The notes: a model not told the origin generated them from the letters alone. A DNA stretch of 64,000 nt from Gekko japonicus (GCF_001447785.1 NW_015160245.1:396032-460031); one strand, 5' to 3'. Shown: positions 44,141 through 58,500, counted from the first letter of the stretch. Translations and numbers: made by a program.

Positions 44141-47100
44141 TCAGTTGAGGAACCGGCGGCATTTCTTGGCGCCACAGTTGCAGGGCAGCTTGTTGCTGGC
44201 ATCCTCGATGGGGAACTTGTAGTCGTAGGTGAGCTCCTCGCCACGGTAGATCTTGCGCACGGCAAAGATGACAATGTGCTTCTGCCCATCGATGTTGATG
44301 ACCCGGGAATAGCAGTTGGGCTCGCACGAGTGGTTGATGAAGCGGGCGGCATTTCCGTGCATGGTGGCGTCCACCACCTCTGAGTCGTCAATGCGGAACA
44401 TGTAGCAGCCGATGCCCTGGGTCAGGAGCAGAGAGAGGGTGGGTTACGCCACTGCTGGGCACGGCCAACCTACCAACACGCAAGAGCCGCTGCAGTGCAG
44501 ACAGCTCTCCGGGAGGGCTGGCTCCTCCTCCGCAAACAGGCCTTCTCTAGGGCTCCCACAGCAGCTGTGGCNNNNNNNNNNNNNNNNNNNNNNNNNNNNN
44601 NNNNNNNNNNNNNNNNNNNNNNNNNNNNNNCAACCAACCTCCTGATTGCCATTGACCTGAGGCCCAAAAGCAATGCCGGGTTACAGGCAGGGCTACCAAA
44701 AAACTGACCAGCTGCCCTGCGTGACCCCTAGAAGTCCCCCATCCCCCGACTCGGGCACCTTTGCCAGGCACAGCCAGGAAGCCCGTCCGGGCCAACAGAC
44801 CGTGTGGCTGCCCATAACCTCACTCTGAGACGGTCAGGATGCCAGCTGGTAGGTCCCAGCCCCCCCGACCCTGCCCCCTGCCAGAGAGGCTCCTGGGCTG
44901 GAGCTCACCTTGCCGTCGTAGTACTTCTCGCGCTTGTCCGTCAGGATGGAGCGGATCACGTTGCCAGCGTATTCGATGACCATCTCTCCTGCATCGATGT
45001 TCCTTTTGCAGAACAAGCCCCGGCCGTGGATGGGGGACCTAGCGAGAGAGAGAGAGAGAGAGAGAACATGCACGGGATACTAGGGGTGTGCAAAAAAAAA
45101 AAATTCGGAAAAATTCAGATTCGGGTTTACTAGACCCGAATTTTTTCGGGAAACCCGAAAAAACCCGAATATCTATATCGGTAAAGCATAGATATCCGAA
45201 TTTTTTCGGGAAACCCGAAAAATTCGGGTCCATTATAACCAATGGGGCCATTGAAGTCAATGGCAAAAATCCTCTTGAAACTTTGTGGGGGGCTGGGGGG
45301 GAGGGGGTTTGGGGTAGAGGCTCCAAACTTGGAGCGTGCTTACTGGAACCTCTCCCCAACATACCCACCAAGTTTCAAGACGATTGGACCAGGGGGTACA
45401 ATTTTATGGGCCCCCAAACAGGTTGCCCCCAGATCAGCTTGCTGCAGTTTATTCGCGGTTTTGCGCCGAAATTCGGCGGCAATTCGGCAACATTGTATCC
45501 TATGGACCTTGGAGTGGGTAAGCTCGAAACTTGGAGGGTGGTTACTAGAACCTCTCCCCTACATACCCACCAAGTTTCATGAAGATTGGACCAGGGGGTC
45601 CAATTCTATGGGCCCCCAAACAGGTTGCCCCCACCCCATTGTTCTCTATGGTGGGAACAAAATTACTTTTTTTCCCACCATAGAGAATAATGGAGGGATT
45701 ACTTTTTTTCCCACCATAGAGAACAATGGAGGGATGGGGGCAAACTGTTTTGGACAGCATGTTTGCAAACTTTTGCCAGACCAGCCAGCCCCAGCCACAC
45801 TGCAGCAGAGAAGAACCATACAAGTGCCCCCCCACAACCTGTGCCGCCAAACTGGGTGCCCAAAACCCCAAAACCAACACAACTTGGCTCAAACCAAAGA
45901 ATCTCTCTACAGCAGCAGCACTGAGGTAGCATGTCTGTGCATTACCAATGCCAGACAGACAGGCCCAGCAGCAGGACCAGAGCAATCTGCCCCCCCCACA
46001 ACCTGTGCCAAGGTGCAACCAATCAGTGCCCAGACCAACTTGGTGCAAACCAGAGAATTTCTGCAGACAGCAGCAGCAGCCCACAGAATGAGGGAGCAAG
46101 CAAGTGCATGCCAGCCAGGCCCCAGCATTGCAACAGAAGAACAAGAGCAATCTGCCACCTGTGCCAGGCCAGCCAGGTTGCCATGCCAGTCAGTGCCCCA
46201 AAACCAGAACTAGGTCAAACCAGAGAATCTCTCCAGACTGCACTGGAGCGGCAGCACACAGGCTGAGGGAGCATGTATGTGCATCGCCAATGCCAATGCC
46301 AGCCAGCCAGGCCCAGCAGCAGAACCAGTCCACCTCAAGTGTGCCAATGTGCCAGTGCCCAAAAAACCCCAAAAGCAAAACAATCTCTCCCCTCTGCAGT
46401 GGCAGTGGCCTACATATGGGAGCATGTTTGCTAATGGCAGCCATGCCCAGCTGCAAAACCAGAGCAATCTCAACCCCCCCTCCCAACAACCTCTGTGCCA
46501 GTCACCCAACTTACTGGACTCAGTCCAAACCTGAGGATTTCTGCAGTATAAATGAAGGGGGGGGGCAGGCAGGGCCTGTGCAAGTGACGTGAGCAATCAC
46601 TAGGGGTGTGCGTGCGAATCCCCATTCAGCGCACCTGAAGAGAGGCAAAGGGAGGCCAAAGGAACCCAAATTACACCAAATCAGAGTGGCCGCCAACTCT
46701 CCAGGGGGTGCCCAAAGATTGAGATATGATGATTCCCAGGTTGGGGAATCATCCAGAGGGGTCCCACCATATGCTACCTCTAGGAAGATGTTGGCTTGTG
46801 ATTGTGAATCCAGTGAGTGGGTGGCAGCGACTACGGAAGTAAGATAGCCCCACCCCCACCAGGCAGGGGCAGGCAGGCAAAAACTTCCCGAGCCACACAG
46901 TGGCTGGCTTGTGTGGGTCCCCCCGCCCCGTTCCCAGCAGTGCAGGAGAGTCACACAGAGACGTCTCCCTTACAACCCCAGAGGCCCCTCCTCCATGCCC
47001 AGAAGCGCTTGTTGCCTAGCCTGCTCTGGAAATCCAAAGGTGGGCTGCCCAGAGGCTGAAAAGGAGTTGGGAACTTGGGAGTCGGGCTTGGTCCCCTGTT

Positions 47101-50100
47101 CAGGGCAGGGGACAGCAGCAGAACCTGTGCACTGCACGCCCCTCCCCCAACCACACCCAGCCCGCCTGCTCCATGGCCAGGAGAGACTGTAAGGAGAGAT
47201 GACTACTAGTCCGCTCCACTTTGGAAATCCGCCGACCTACCTGTAGACACCAACGGCTTCCTTGGAGGTCTTCTTCAGGTGCCGGAACCGCATGGGCATC
47301 GGCAGGTCCATGCTGGTGGCCCTCCTGGGGAACGAGAGGCAGCTGCAGAGGCGGCTCCTCCTCCGCCCGGGCAGTGGAGAGGACCCCGCGCCCTCCCTGC
47401 TCCCGGCTGAGCAAGCCCCGTGCCGCCGGAGCCCCGCCAGCCTTTGCTCTCTCCACACACCGCTCGGCCGCGCGGACTGACGAGGGGCTGCCCCAGAAGT
47501 CAGCTGGAGGAGTTCTGTTCTCCGGGCCTCCTGGCACGACCTAAGGGCACGACTCCCAGGCCTCCCCCACCCCACCCCCCGGCGCGCCTCCGCACCCCAC
47601 TCTGTACCGGGCAGACTTCAGCTGCACCTCCTCCTCCTCCTCCTCATTGGGGTTGTAGTCTGGCGGCTGGCGGTGCTTGGAAGCCAGGAAATTGAACATG
47701 TCAAAGGCAGACTTCCTGGAGGCCAGGAGAGAGCAGCAGGATCAGGGCACCCAGCTCCCCCCAGGGTCCCCAAGATCCTCCTGGGCAACGTTCCAGGGCC
47801 CCGGCTCTGTCTAAAGGCCTTCCGCCCCACTGCCTGGGACGGCTGACCCCCAGGCCCACGAGGAGTCTGGGCACTCTCTCTCTCTCTCTCTCTCTCTCTC
47901 GGGAGGGGGCGGGGCTGGGCGGCCACTCTGAAGCCTCCACTTGCCTTCGGTGCACCTCTGCCCTGGCGCAGCCGTGGGGGTTGACGGGGGGCTCCTTCGC
48001 CTCCTCTGGCTTGTGGAACCGGAACTTGTAGTTGTGGCAGTGCTTCGCCCCAGAGAGCTGCTCGACCAGGAAGACGACGGCATCGTGGAGGAGGCCCAGC
48101 ATCCGCAGTCCGCTCACACCTGCAAGGGGGGACACACAGCGGGTGCCAATGTGGGACGACTGGCAGCCCAGGCTGAGCCGGAGGCACGCACGCCCTTCGA
48201 CCCCCGGCCTGGGTGGCCAGGGGTCGGGGGGGTGGAGAGCAGTGCCCAGCCTCGGTGTCACTGGAGCTCTGGCACAAAGCGGCCCGTCCGTGGAGGGGCT
48301 CAGAACGGCCCGGCCTCTGCCAAACACCAGTCCCTCCCTGCCCTGGGAAGGCGCACGGGATGTGCCAAGAGGTGCTGAGGACCTCGGCCCCGACTTTGAC
48401 GTGCCGCCCTCCTCCGGGGAGCACCACCAGCTTCATGGCAGAGCGAGACAAGGAAACGAAAGGATCGGAGCCTTTGGGGAGGGTGACGCGCCCCGCCCCC
48501 GCTGCTGCCACCGCCGCCCCTCCTACCTACCTACCTGTGAAAGAGAGCTGCTTCAGGCGGGCGTTGGAGCGGGCCTCCTGGACCTTGTCAGTCAAAGACT
48601 TCCAGGCATCTAAGGTTGAAGAGGAGGAGGAGGAGGAGGAGGAGAACCAGGGATGATATGGTGGGCAGTGGCTCCCCGTTCTCTCCTCTCTCAACCTGAA
48701 AGCTGCCCAGAGGTATGACTGGCCCACCCGCTGGCTGGGGCCTTCTGCAGATGGAGGGGCCGGGGGGGGGGGGAGTCACAAGATGATGGCACTCGCTGCT
48801 GGAAAAAAAACGCACCCCCCCCCCCCCCGCCCCCGATTCCCACCTTCAATACTTTCGGAGCTGATCTGAAAGCCATCGTCACTCGAGATCTCAAAAACCA
48901 GCCCTTTCTTTGGCTTCCTCTCAGCAAGGCTCTCCTTCCTCCTCCGCTCCTGCTGCAGCCAGAAGATGAGAGGAGAGCTGAAGGTGCCCTCCTCCTCCTC
49001 TTCTTCCTCCTCCTCCTCCTCAGCTGCTTTGGCATCTGGAAGACAAACAGGCCCCTCTGCCTTCAGCCGTGGTGCCAAAGAGCTCCATCTACACCACCGT
49101 GGGCGGAGATCCAACTCGGGCAGGGCTGAAGGTCACACACACACACACCCACTCAGTCAGGAAGCTCACGGGAGGACCTCAGGCAAGCCTCTCTTCTCCG
49201 CAGCATACACCTTGTAGGTCTGTTGTGAGAAAACAGCAGAGCCAAGGGGATCCGGGGACACGGTCCCAGTCTCCTTGGAGACGGTGGCAGAGGCTGTGCA
49301 CGTACCTCTCTCATGCACGAAGCTGCCTGAGGATTCCTGGGAGTTTGATGATGCTCCACGGCTGGGCCAAGTGCTATGTGCCCTTCCCGAGAGCAACAGC
49401 CCTGGCCTGAGAACCGGCCCGCTTGCCCCTTTTACTTACAGAAGACAGTTTTATGCTGCCTTCCCACCTAGTCAGCGGCCACAAGGCGGCCAATGTTTAA
49501 ACAATTACAAATGCAGTTATATTACAAAATCCCATTAAAAACGCATAAACACACCACAGTAGAAAAAGGGACAGCACCATTCTTAGGTGTTGCCAAATGA
49601 ACCGAAAAGATCTTCACCTGCTGCTGGTGAAAGACTCCACAAGAGGGAGACACATGAATGTTCCCAGGGAGGGAGGGAGTTCCAGATTTCTGGTACCCTG
49701 ACAGAGAAGGCCCCTGTCTTGGGTTGCCGCCTGTCTAGCCCCAAAGAGCAGCTGAGGCTGGCGGTGTGACTGAGAGAGCACGGAGTGTCACCTGCATATT
49801 GGCGGCAGCTCAGCCCACACCTCTGGATGACCTCTCCCAGCCAGCAGCTTTAGGTAGCTGTTGAAAAGCACGGGGGACAAGACAGAACTCTGGGGGACCC
49901 CCAAGGCCAAGGGGTGGAGCAGTGGCCTCCCGGCCCCACCCTCGGAAACCCACCCTCGAGGCAGGACCGGAACCACTGCAGAACAGTGCCTCCCAGCCCC
50001 AGCCGGCTGGGGATAGTCAGGAGGAAGGGGGGGGGGGAGACACACCTGCATTGTCCAGCTCACTGGCGGCGTTCTGTGCTGGCTGTGGCTCTGGGAGAGA

Positions 50101-53100
50101 CGATGCCGTCTGCCTGTGGAAAGAAGGCCAGGGAGGAAGGGAGAGCATGAAGGAGCCACTCTTCTTTTGATCTCTGGGTCCTCTGCAGAGGCCAAAGCTA
50201 CAAAGGGAGGCCAGACTGTGGAGAAAAGTCAGCAGGGGAGAAGGCTGCAACTGTAACGCCTGGTGATCAGCAGGCTTTCCGGACAGGGGCCACAGCTGCC
50301 CGACCTCCTCAAAGGCCCCAAACGGGCAGGGCGGTGGTGGTGGTGGGGGCTCCAAGGCAGGGGTGTTCACGCAAAAGAGCATAAGAACATAAGAGATGCC
50401 AATGTTGGATCAGGCCAAAGGCCCATCCAGTCCAACACTCTGTGTCACACAGTGGCCAGAAATACCAGGGGCCACCATGAGGTCCACCATTGGGGCCAGG
50501 ACACCGGAAGCCCTCCCACTGTTGACCCCCCCCAAGCACCAAGAAGACAAAGCATCACTTGCACCAGAGTCCCTATCTATACCTTGTGGCTAATAGTATC
50601 TAATTCCCTTTTGAATCCGTCCATGCTTGTAGCCGCCACCACTTCCTGTGGCAGTGAATTCCATGTGTTAATCACTCTTTGGGTGAAGAAGTACTTCCTT
50701 TTATCCGTTCTAACCCGACCGCTCTGCAGTTTCATGGAGTGCCCACGAGTTCTTGTATTGTGAGAAAGGGAGAAAAGTACCTCTTTCTCTACCTGCTCTT
50801 TCCCATGCATAATCTTATAAACCTCAATCATGTCACCCCTCAGTCATCGTTTCTCCAAGCTAAAGAGCCCTAAGCGCCTTAACCGTTCCTCATAGGGAAA
50901 GTGTTCCAACCCTTTTATCATTCGAGTTGCCCTTTTCTGCACTTTTTCCAAAGCTATAATATCCTTTTTAAGGTGTGGTGACCAGAACTGCACACAGTAT
51001 TCCAAATGAGGTCTCACCATTGATTTATATAGGGGCATTATTATATTGGCTGATCTGTTTTCAATACCCTTCCTAATAATCCCCAGCATAGCATTGGCCT
51101 TCTTTATTGCAGTCACACACTGTCTCGACATTTTCAGTGAGTTATCCACTACAACTCCAAGATCTCTCTCTTGATCAGTCTCTGCCAGTTCAGACCCCAT
51201 CAACGTGTATTTATAGTTAGGATTTTTGGCTCCAATGTGCATCACCTTGCACTTGGCCACATTGAACCCCATTTGCCATGTTGACGCCCACTCGCCCATC
51301 CTTGACAGATCCCCTTGGAGTGCCTCACAATCCTCACTGGTTTTCACCACCCTGAACAACTTTGTATCATCCGCAAATTTAGCCACTTCACTGCTTACTC
51401 CCATCTCCAAATCATTAATGAACAAGTTAAAAAGCAGTGGACCAAGTACTGATCCCTGCGGTACCCCACTGCTTACCACCCTCCACTGAGAAAATTGCCC
51501 ACCTACACTCACTCTCTGTTTTCTATGAACTAGCCAGTTTTTGATCCATAAAAGGACTTGTCCTTCTATCCCATGATTTTTGAGCTTACTTAGGAGCCTT
51601 TGATGAGGAACTTTATCAAAAGCTTTCTGGAAGTCAAGGTAAATAATATCTATTGGATCCCCCTTGTCCACATGTTTGTTCACCCCCTCAAAGAACACTA
51701 ACAGGTTAGTGAGACAAGATCTTCCCTTACAGAAACCGTGCTGAGTCTGCCTCAATAGGTTTTGTTCATCTATGTGCCTACTAATTCTTTCCTTAATAAT
51801 GGTTTCCACCAATTTACCCGGTATCGACGTCAGACTGACTGGCCTGTAATTTCCCGGATCTCCTCTGGAACCCTTTTTAAAGATGGGAGTGACATTAGCT
51901 ACCTTCCAATCCTCAGGAATGGAGGCAGATTTTAAGGAAAGATTACATATCTTTGTCAGGAGATCTACAAGTTCACATTTGAGTTCTTTCAGAACTCTCG
52001 GATGTATGCCATCTGGGCCTGGTGATTTTTCAGTTTTTAAGTTGTCTATCAGTTTTAGGACCTCCTCTCTCATCACCTCAATCTGACTCAGGTCTTCCAA
52101 CACCCCTCCTGAAATCAGTGGTTCTGGAGTGGGCAAGCACTTCTCATCTTCCACAGTGAAGACGGAGGCAAAAAATGCATTTAGCTTCTCAGCCATTTCC
52201 CTATCATCCTTCAATACTCCTTTTACCCCTTGGTCGTCCAAGGGCCCCACTGCCTCCCTGGCTGGTTTCCTGTTTCTAATGTATTTGAAGAAAGTTTTAT
52301 TGTTGGTTTTTACGTTTTTTGCTATATGCTCCTCATATTCCCTTTTTGCCTGCCTGACCTCAGACTTGCATTTTATTTGCCATAGCCTGTGTTCCGTTTT
52401 ATCAGCCTCACTGTGACTAGCTTTCCACTGCTTAAAGGAATTCTTTTTACTTTTTACAGCCTCCATTACTCTGTTTGTTAACCATGCAGGCTTTTTCCTA
52501 TACCTGTTTGTGCCTTTCCTAACCTGCGGAATATATATTTTTTGAGCTTCTAGGATCGTAGTTTTAAATAGATCCCAAGCTTCCCCAATTGTTTTGACCC
52601 TTTCTACTTTTCCTTTCAGTTTCCTCCCCACGTGTCCCCTCATATCAGAGAAATTACCCCTTTTAAAGTTAAAAATGGTTGTGTGAGTCTTTTTGGCCAA
52701 TTCTCTATTTGTACAAATGATGAACTCAACAACATTATGATCACTGTTTCCAAGCGGTGCAATCACTTTTACATCTCTCACCAGGTCTTGAGTGTTACTT
52801 AGGACCAAATCAAGGATCGCCTCTCCCCTGGTAGGTTCCGTGACCATCTGCTCCATAGCACAGTCATTTAGAGTGTCTAGAAACTCAATCTCTTTTTCCC
52901 GACTAGAACACATATTGACCCAATCAATGTGTGGGTAGTTAAAATCACCTATTATTACACAGTGTTTTTGTCTAGTTGCTATCTTTAAGGCATTCATCAT
53001 TTTATAATCCTCCTCTATCTTTTGATCTGGTGGGCGATAACAAACTCCCAGTGTTAAGTTTCCTTTTGGCCCCCCTATTTCAACCCATAGAACTTCCAGA

Positions 53101-55518
53101 AGCGAATCCAATTCACTTAGCCTCTCAATCTTTCTAGACTTTATACCCTCTCTGACATACAGAGCTACCCCACCTCCAACCCTTCCCCCCCTATCCTTCC
53201 GATATAATATATAACCGGGAATCACTGTGTCCCACTGATTTTCCTCATCCCACCAAGTTTCAGAAATACCCACAATGTCTATTTTTCCCTCCGACACCAA
53301 GCACTCCAACTCCCCGATTTTACCTCGGACACTTCTAGCATTTGTATAGAAACAGCTGTAATTTCCCTTACAAGTTAAGCCTGCATCCTTCCTCTTGCTA
53401 TCTCGAGTCGTTGTCCGGCAGTCCATGTCACCAGCCATGGCCTCTGTGGACAATTTCAATCCACCTCCCTGTAGAAAAGCAACCGGTACCCCCTCACCTC
53501 TCTCAGATGAGCCAACCCGAACCAGAGACTTTTCATCTCCTGTCGGCTTTCCCCCAATATTCAGTTTAAAAGCTGCTCTGCCACCTTTTTGATTTTAAGT
53601 GCCAGCAGCCTGGTTCCTTCTCGGGACAAGTGGAGACCGTCTCGCCTGTACAGCTCCCTCTTGTTCCAAAAAGTATCCCAGTGCCTAACAAACCTGAACC
53701 CTTCCCCCCTACACCATCGTCTCATCCACGCATTGAGACTCCTGATCTCTGCCTGTCTCTCCGGCCCTGCGCGTGGAACAGGTAACACTTCTGAGAAGGC
53801 TACCTTGGAGGTCCTGGACCTAAGTTTCCTGCCCAGCAGCCTAAATTTCTCCTCCAGGACCTCACGACTGCATTTCCCCACATCGTTGGTGCCGACATGC
53901 ACCACGACCACTGGCTCCTCCCCAGCACTATCTACCAGCCTATCTAAAACACGCGTAATGTCCGCTACCTTCGCACCAGGCAGGCAAGTCACCATACGGT
54001 CAGTACGCGGGTTCGCCACCCAGCTGTCTACCTGCCTAAGGATCGAATCACCCACTACCAAGAGCCCCCCTCCCACCCTGCTCAGGGATGGTTCCTTGGT
54101 GCAAAAGGAGAGCCGCTCACCAGCTGGGGAAGAGGTCCCTTCTGAGGGCACATTCCCCTTATCCTCAGCATGGTGCCCTGTTTCCCCTAGACCCTCATGC
54201 TCCCTGACAGCAGCGGGGCTGCCAGATCCAGAGTGGGACGAAGCTAACAAGTCCCCGAGAGTCTTTTCTGTGTGCCTAGCTGACTGTCTCTGCTTCTCCA
54301 GGTCAGCCACCTTGGCCTCAAGGGAGCACACACGTTCCCTGAGAACCAGGAGCTCCTTGCACCGAGCACACACCCAAGACTTCTGTCCAGTGGGCAGATA
54401 GTCATACATGTGACACTCTGTGCAAAACACTGGATCGCCCCCAAACCCCTGCTTGGAATTCTGGCTTCATAATTCTTTTAAAATAAGTAAATATAATCCC
54501 CCTTTTAAAACCCTTTTGTATTTATGTGGTTTTCCTTGTTGAAGTCAAATTACTTTACGGGGAAGACAAAGAGCCTAGGGCCTCCGCTTTCTGGCTCTTC
54601 TTGGGCGTCTCACAGAGCCCCTAATCCAAGAGTCCCTAGGCGAAGAGCCACAGGCAAAGAGCCCTTTAGCTCGTACCTCTGCCAAGGTGCTTTCTTAAAT
54701 ACTGAATTACAGTCAAACAAAGCAGGCAGGGAGTTGGCGCTCTCGTAAGGGAGTCTCCTGACCCCACCAGAATGCAACGCCCCATTTTGGCACCTGTGAA
54801 GGGGTTTGCTTTGGATTATGCCCATGGAGGAAGGCCCCCAAAGCAGCTTCTAACCTGGGCGAAAGACAGGCCATCCCCGCTTGGCCCCACAAGGATGCAA
54901 GAAAGGGAGAGACGCCTTTTCCTCCCGGTGCTGAGGCTGCCACCTGACTTTCTTTTAGAGACCTTTTCGCACTCGGGGGTGTGTGTTTGCATTTGTGTGT
55001 GCGCCCGTGCACGGAAGTCGTGGCAACCTCTGGCGACTCCTACTGGGGGGCTTGGAGGACCTTCAGAGAAGTGGCTGGACGGGGCCTGCCTCTGGCCTCC
55101 CGGCCCTGGCCCTCTCTGGAGGCCTCCCATCGAAATAGTTGCCGGGATCCAGCCCTGCTTAGCTCCCGAGAGCTGAGGAGACTGGGCTGGAGGGACCTTT
55201 CTCCTGCTGATTTCCTGGTCTGCTTCTACACGGAGGGGGCAGTTTTCATGCCTCTCACGTGGGCGTCCTGCTGTCCCCAGGCCCTGGTTTTGTCGTATCA
55301 CTGTAACTGAGCTACCTCGAGCAGGTCGCCCTCTGGCAAGGTGGCACATGCAAGTTTTTTCTAAAGGAAGGAAGGAAGGAAGGAAGGAAGCCCACACTGG
55401 GTGCAGCCTGATGAGTCGACTTACCCTGGCGCCCTGGGCGAGGGCCGCTCTCTGCTGGCTTCCTCTTCTGCGTGGGCCTTCGGGGCAGGAATCCTAGGGC
55501 AGAGAGAGAGAGAGAGAG

Positions 55519-55559
<41 letters not shown>

Positions 55560-58500
55560 AGGGGCTGCCCCAAAGCCAGGCAGAGCTCCCCTGGCCTGCG
55601 CAGGGCAAGGCTGACGGCAGGCGAGAGACTGGGAGGGCTCTGTCCCTCGTCCCGCAGCCCCGCTGTTCCCCAGGGAAAGGCCGCCCACCATCGGAGCCAC
55701 CCACCAGCGCCTCTGGCAGAGGGACTTCCACAGAGGGGCCTCTAGAACCACCAGGGGGACCCCAAAGGACGCTCCGTGCACCTTTCAACCGAGCACAGCT
55801 GCCTCTGAGGCCAGCAGAACCCCCCCCCCCTCGGCCCCCCCTGCCAGCCTCTTTTCCAACTGGCGTCACCCCCAGTACACCTCTGCTCTCATCGCTCAGA
55901 AGGCAACAGAATCCCGGAGGAGCGACCATTCCCACTCAGGAGCGTTGTCCCCGTTCTGGCTCAAGCAGGCATTCGGGCCGATGGCTGGCCGGCAGCTGGG
56001 CTCCTGGGACGGTCCCTCCCCCTGACCGGGTGCAGGCGCCACACCTGCGGACAAGCCTCGGGAGCACTCAAGGGACTCCTGCACCCTCTTACCCGACACC
56101 CGAGGAGGAGTCCTGGGCAGCCGCGGTGGCTCCGTGGTGGGGCGTGTGCTTCTCCGGCGCGGTGGTCCACGGGTGAGACGTTTTGTGCTTCTTCCCCGAC
56201 GCTCTGCTGTCCGCCGAGGGCTGGAGCCGCTTTGCTTTGAGCTTGGCCTTCAGGGGGGCCGGCTGGTCAGCAGGCAGGGAGCCCCCGGGAGAAGCGGAGT
56301 GGGAGTGGGCGGCCAGAGGGGGGGGAGGCTTGCTCTGCTCCGGGGCTGCTGCCGTGTCCGAGACACCCACCAGCGGGGGGAAGCTGGAGAGTGGAGGGGC
56401 GAGGTCCCCTCTGCCGCCCAGTCCTGATGTCGCCGGGGGCTGGTAGGAGCCTTCGGGGTCAATGGGCGCGCCCAGAGGGTGGGCCGGGGGCAAGACACAG
56501 ACACCCGAGGTGCCCAGCTGTGGAAACACGCTCGAGCCAGGGGGGGGCACCCCTGTGTGCTGCTCCGGGAGGCCCAGGCCCTGCTGAGAGGCCTTGACCA
56601 AAAGGCTGCTGAGAGGGCCGAGCTCAGAGACTCCCTGCGGCCCGGGGCTACTCAGCGCCACGGATCCTCGTCCTGCCGCGTGCCCAGGGACCGGTGTGCC
56701 GGCAGAAGGCACCGCCGATGTCTGCATCGGCACCACGTTCAGCACGGGGGGAGTGGAGCTGAGGCCCGGCACAGGCCCGGTGGCAAGGGGGCCTGCCTCC
56801 GAGGGCCCCACGACAGGAGGGGACGTTCCGACCCCAGCAGCTGCAGCGGTCCCTACGGACTGGGGCAACAGGGACGCCTGCTCAAAGTACATCACCCCTG
56901 ACTTTGAACGCTTGATTATATTGGGGAGGGTTCTGTGAGAGGCTGCGTGGCCAACGGTTCCCAGATCTAGTAGGCCCGAAGGGCTGGGGAGCTGGGAGGG
57001 GGTGAAGTTAATTAAAGTCATGTTTGAGACCATGTCGGAAGAGGCCGCGGTGGAAGGGGCTAGCTTCTTATTCTTCCGCGACTGCAGGCGAGCGATCGGC
57101 CTCTTCTTGACAAGGCCGGAAGCAGGCGTGGTAGCTGCGGGCCCAGCATCCGCTCTCGGAGGGGTTTCCGGCTCCGGTGGCTGCTGGACACCAATCAGGA
57201 GGCCCGGGGGGGCAGGGCTGCCGAGAGCAGGAGGGAAGCCACTCTGGGGTGCTGCAGAAAAGGAATGCAAGTGTTGGTGATGCGGCAAGGGCAGCAGCCC
57301 TTTGCCGGCCGGCGGGAAGAGAGGCTGGGAGGAGGGCAAGCCGGGACTCAGGCCTGCCGCCAACGCGAGCCCCGTGCCCAGGGGCCCCAGCACGGAAGGG
57401 CTCGCCTCCATCACGCCCTGCGCCGAGCTGACCGAGGAGGTCAGCTGGATCTTTTGGGTGACGCCATTGGGAAGAGTCTGCAGGACGTAGAGCGGCTGCA
57501 TGTTCTGGTTAACCACTAGGAGCTTTTCAGCCGCTGCCTTTAGATGGTGGGGGGCCGTCTGCACAGCAGCGTTAGAGATCTGAGACGGACCTGGGCTCTC
57601 TGTCGAGTTTGGGCCATATTTGGGATTCTGGAGAGGGAGGGTAGGAGATGCCGGTACTTGGAGAGCAGGGGTCCCGGTGTTCCTTGTCAAGTCTTGGCCG
57701 GCTCCGTGGTTCTGCTCCACTTGTCCACATGGGGGACTCGCAATATGATCCGCTTCCATGTGGCCTTGAATGAAGGGGTCAGGGGTCATGTGTCCTTCCG
57801 GGCTGGGATCCACTCGCGGGCTTAAGAGAGCCGGCTCTCCTTCACTGGAGGCAGGTTTCTCGGTGACGGCCACTCTCTTCTCCGCAGATTCTGCAGCAGA
57901 CAAAGCTAGCATAGATCTCTCCCCAGACGAGGAGAGTGACGATTCTGAAATCACAGCGAGCCTGCTGTGGCTCTGGCTGGGCACCGCGGGGCTTCGAGTC
58001 GTCAGGACAGAGAGATCGGAAGGAAGCTCCAGAGGCAGCTCAAACTGCTCCTCTGCAGAGATGGATGAGGAGACGCTGCTGTCCACCGGTTCCGCCGTTG
58101 GCAGCTGCTGGGAAAACACCTCGAAGAGGCCGATGTCCTTGCCCCGGTTGCTGTCCAGGCCGAGCCCTTCTCCCAGCGTCAGGAGTTCGGAGGACGAGGA
58201 CTCGGGACTTTCTCCCAGGGCCTGCATCGAGGGGGTGTTTTTCAGGACAAAGTCCATGATGTCGGAAGGGAGAATGTTCCCACAGTCGTCACTGTTGTTG
58301 TTGTCGGAGTCGGACTTCAGGAGCTCGGTGCTGAAGGTGTCCAGCAGATTCTTGTCCGAAGGCGTGCTGGCGCGAGGCCGGCGTCCGGCGTCCAAGGAGC
58401 TCAGCTGAGCTTCCAGGGAATCCTGGCTCTGAGCCTTGGCCCGGCAGTTCTCTGTCTTTGGGTCAGCACTTTTGTGGCCGGCTGAGATCTTCGTCGCGTG

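Larger units (their letters stand above)
50380..54745 (-). mobile_element. Near full-length CR1 LINE in a KMT2A intron, sense to KMT2A
   Basis: ORF1 plus ORF2, and a 3' (TTCTTATG)n tail ending at 50380. The 5' boundary is approximate. Confidence 0.95.

Noticed and set aside
45242-46213. 323-aa ORF antisense to KMT2A
   Set aside because: Lies in a tandem-repetitive transposon-like insertion, and the peptide simply repeats the DNA units.
53589-54401. 270-aa plus-strand ORF, and ORFs antisense to the large KMT2A exon
   Set aside because: Antisense shadows of real coding frames.
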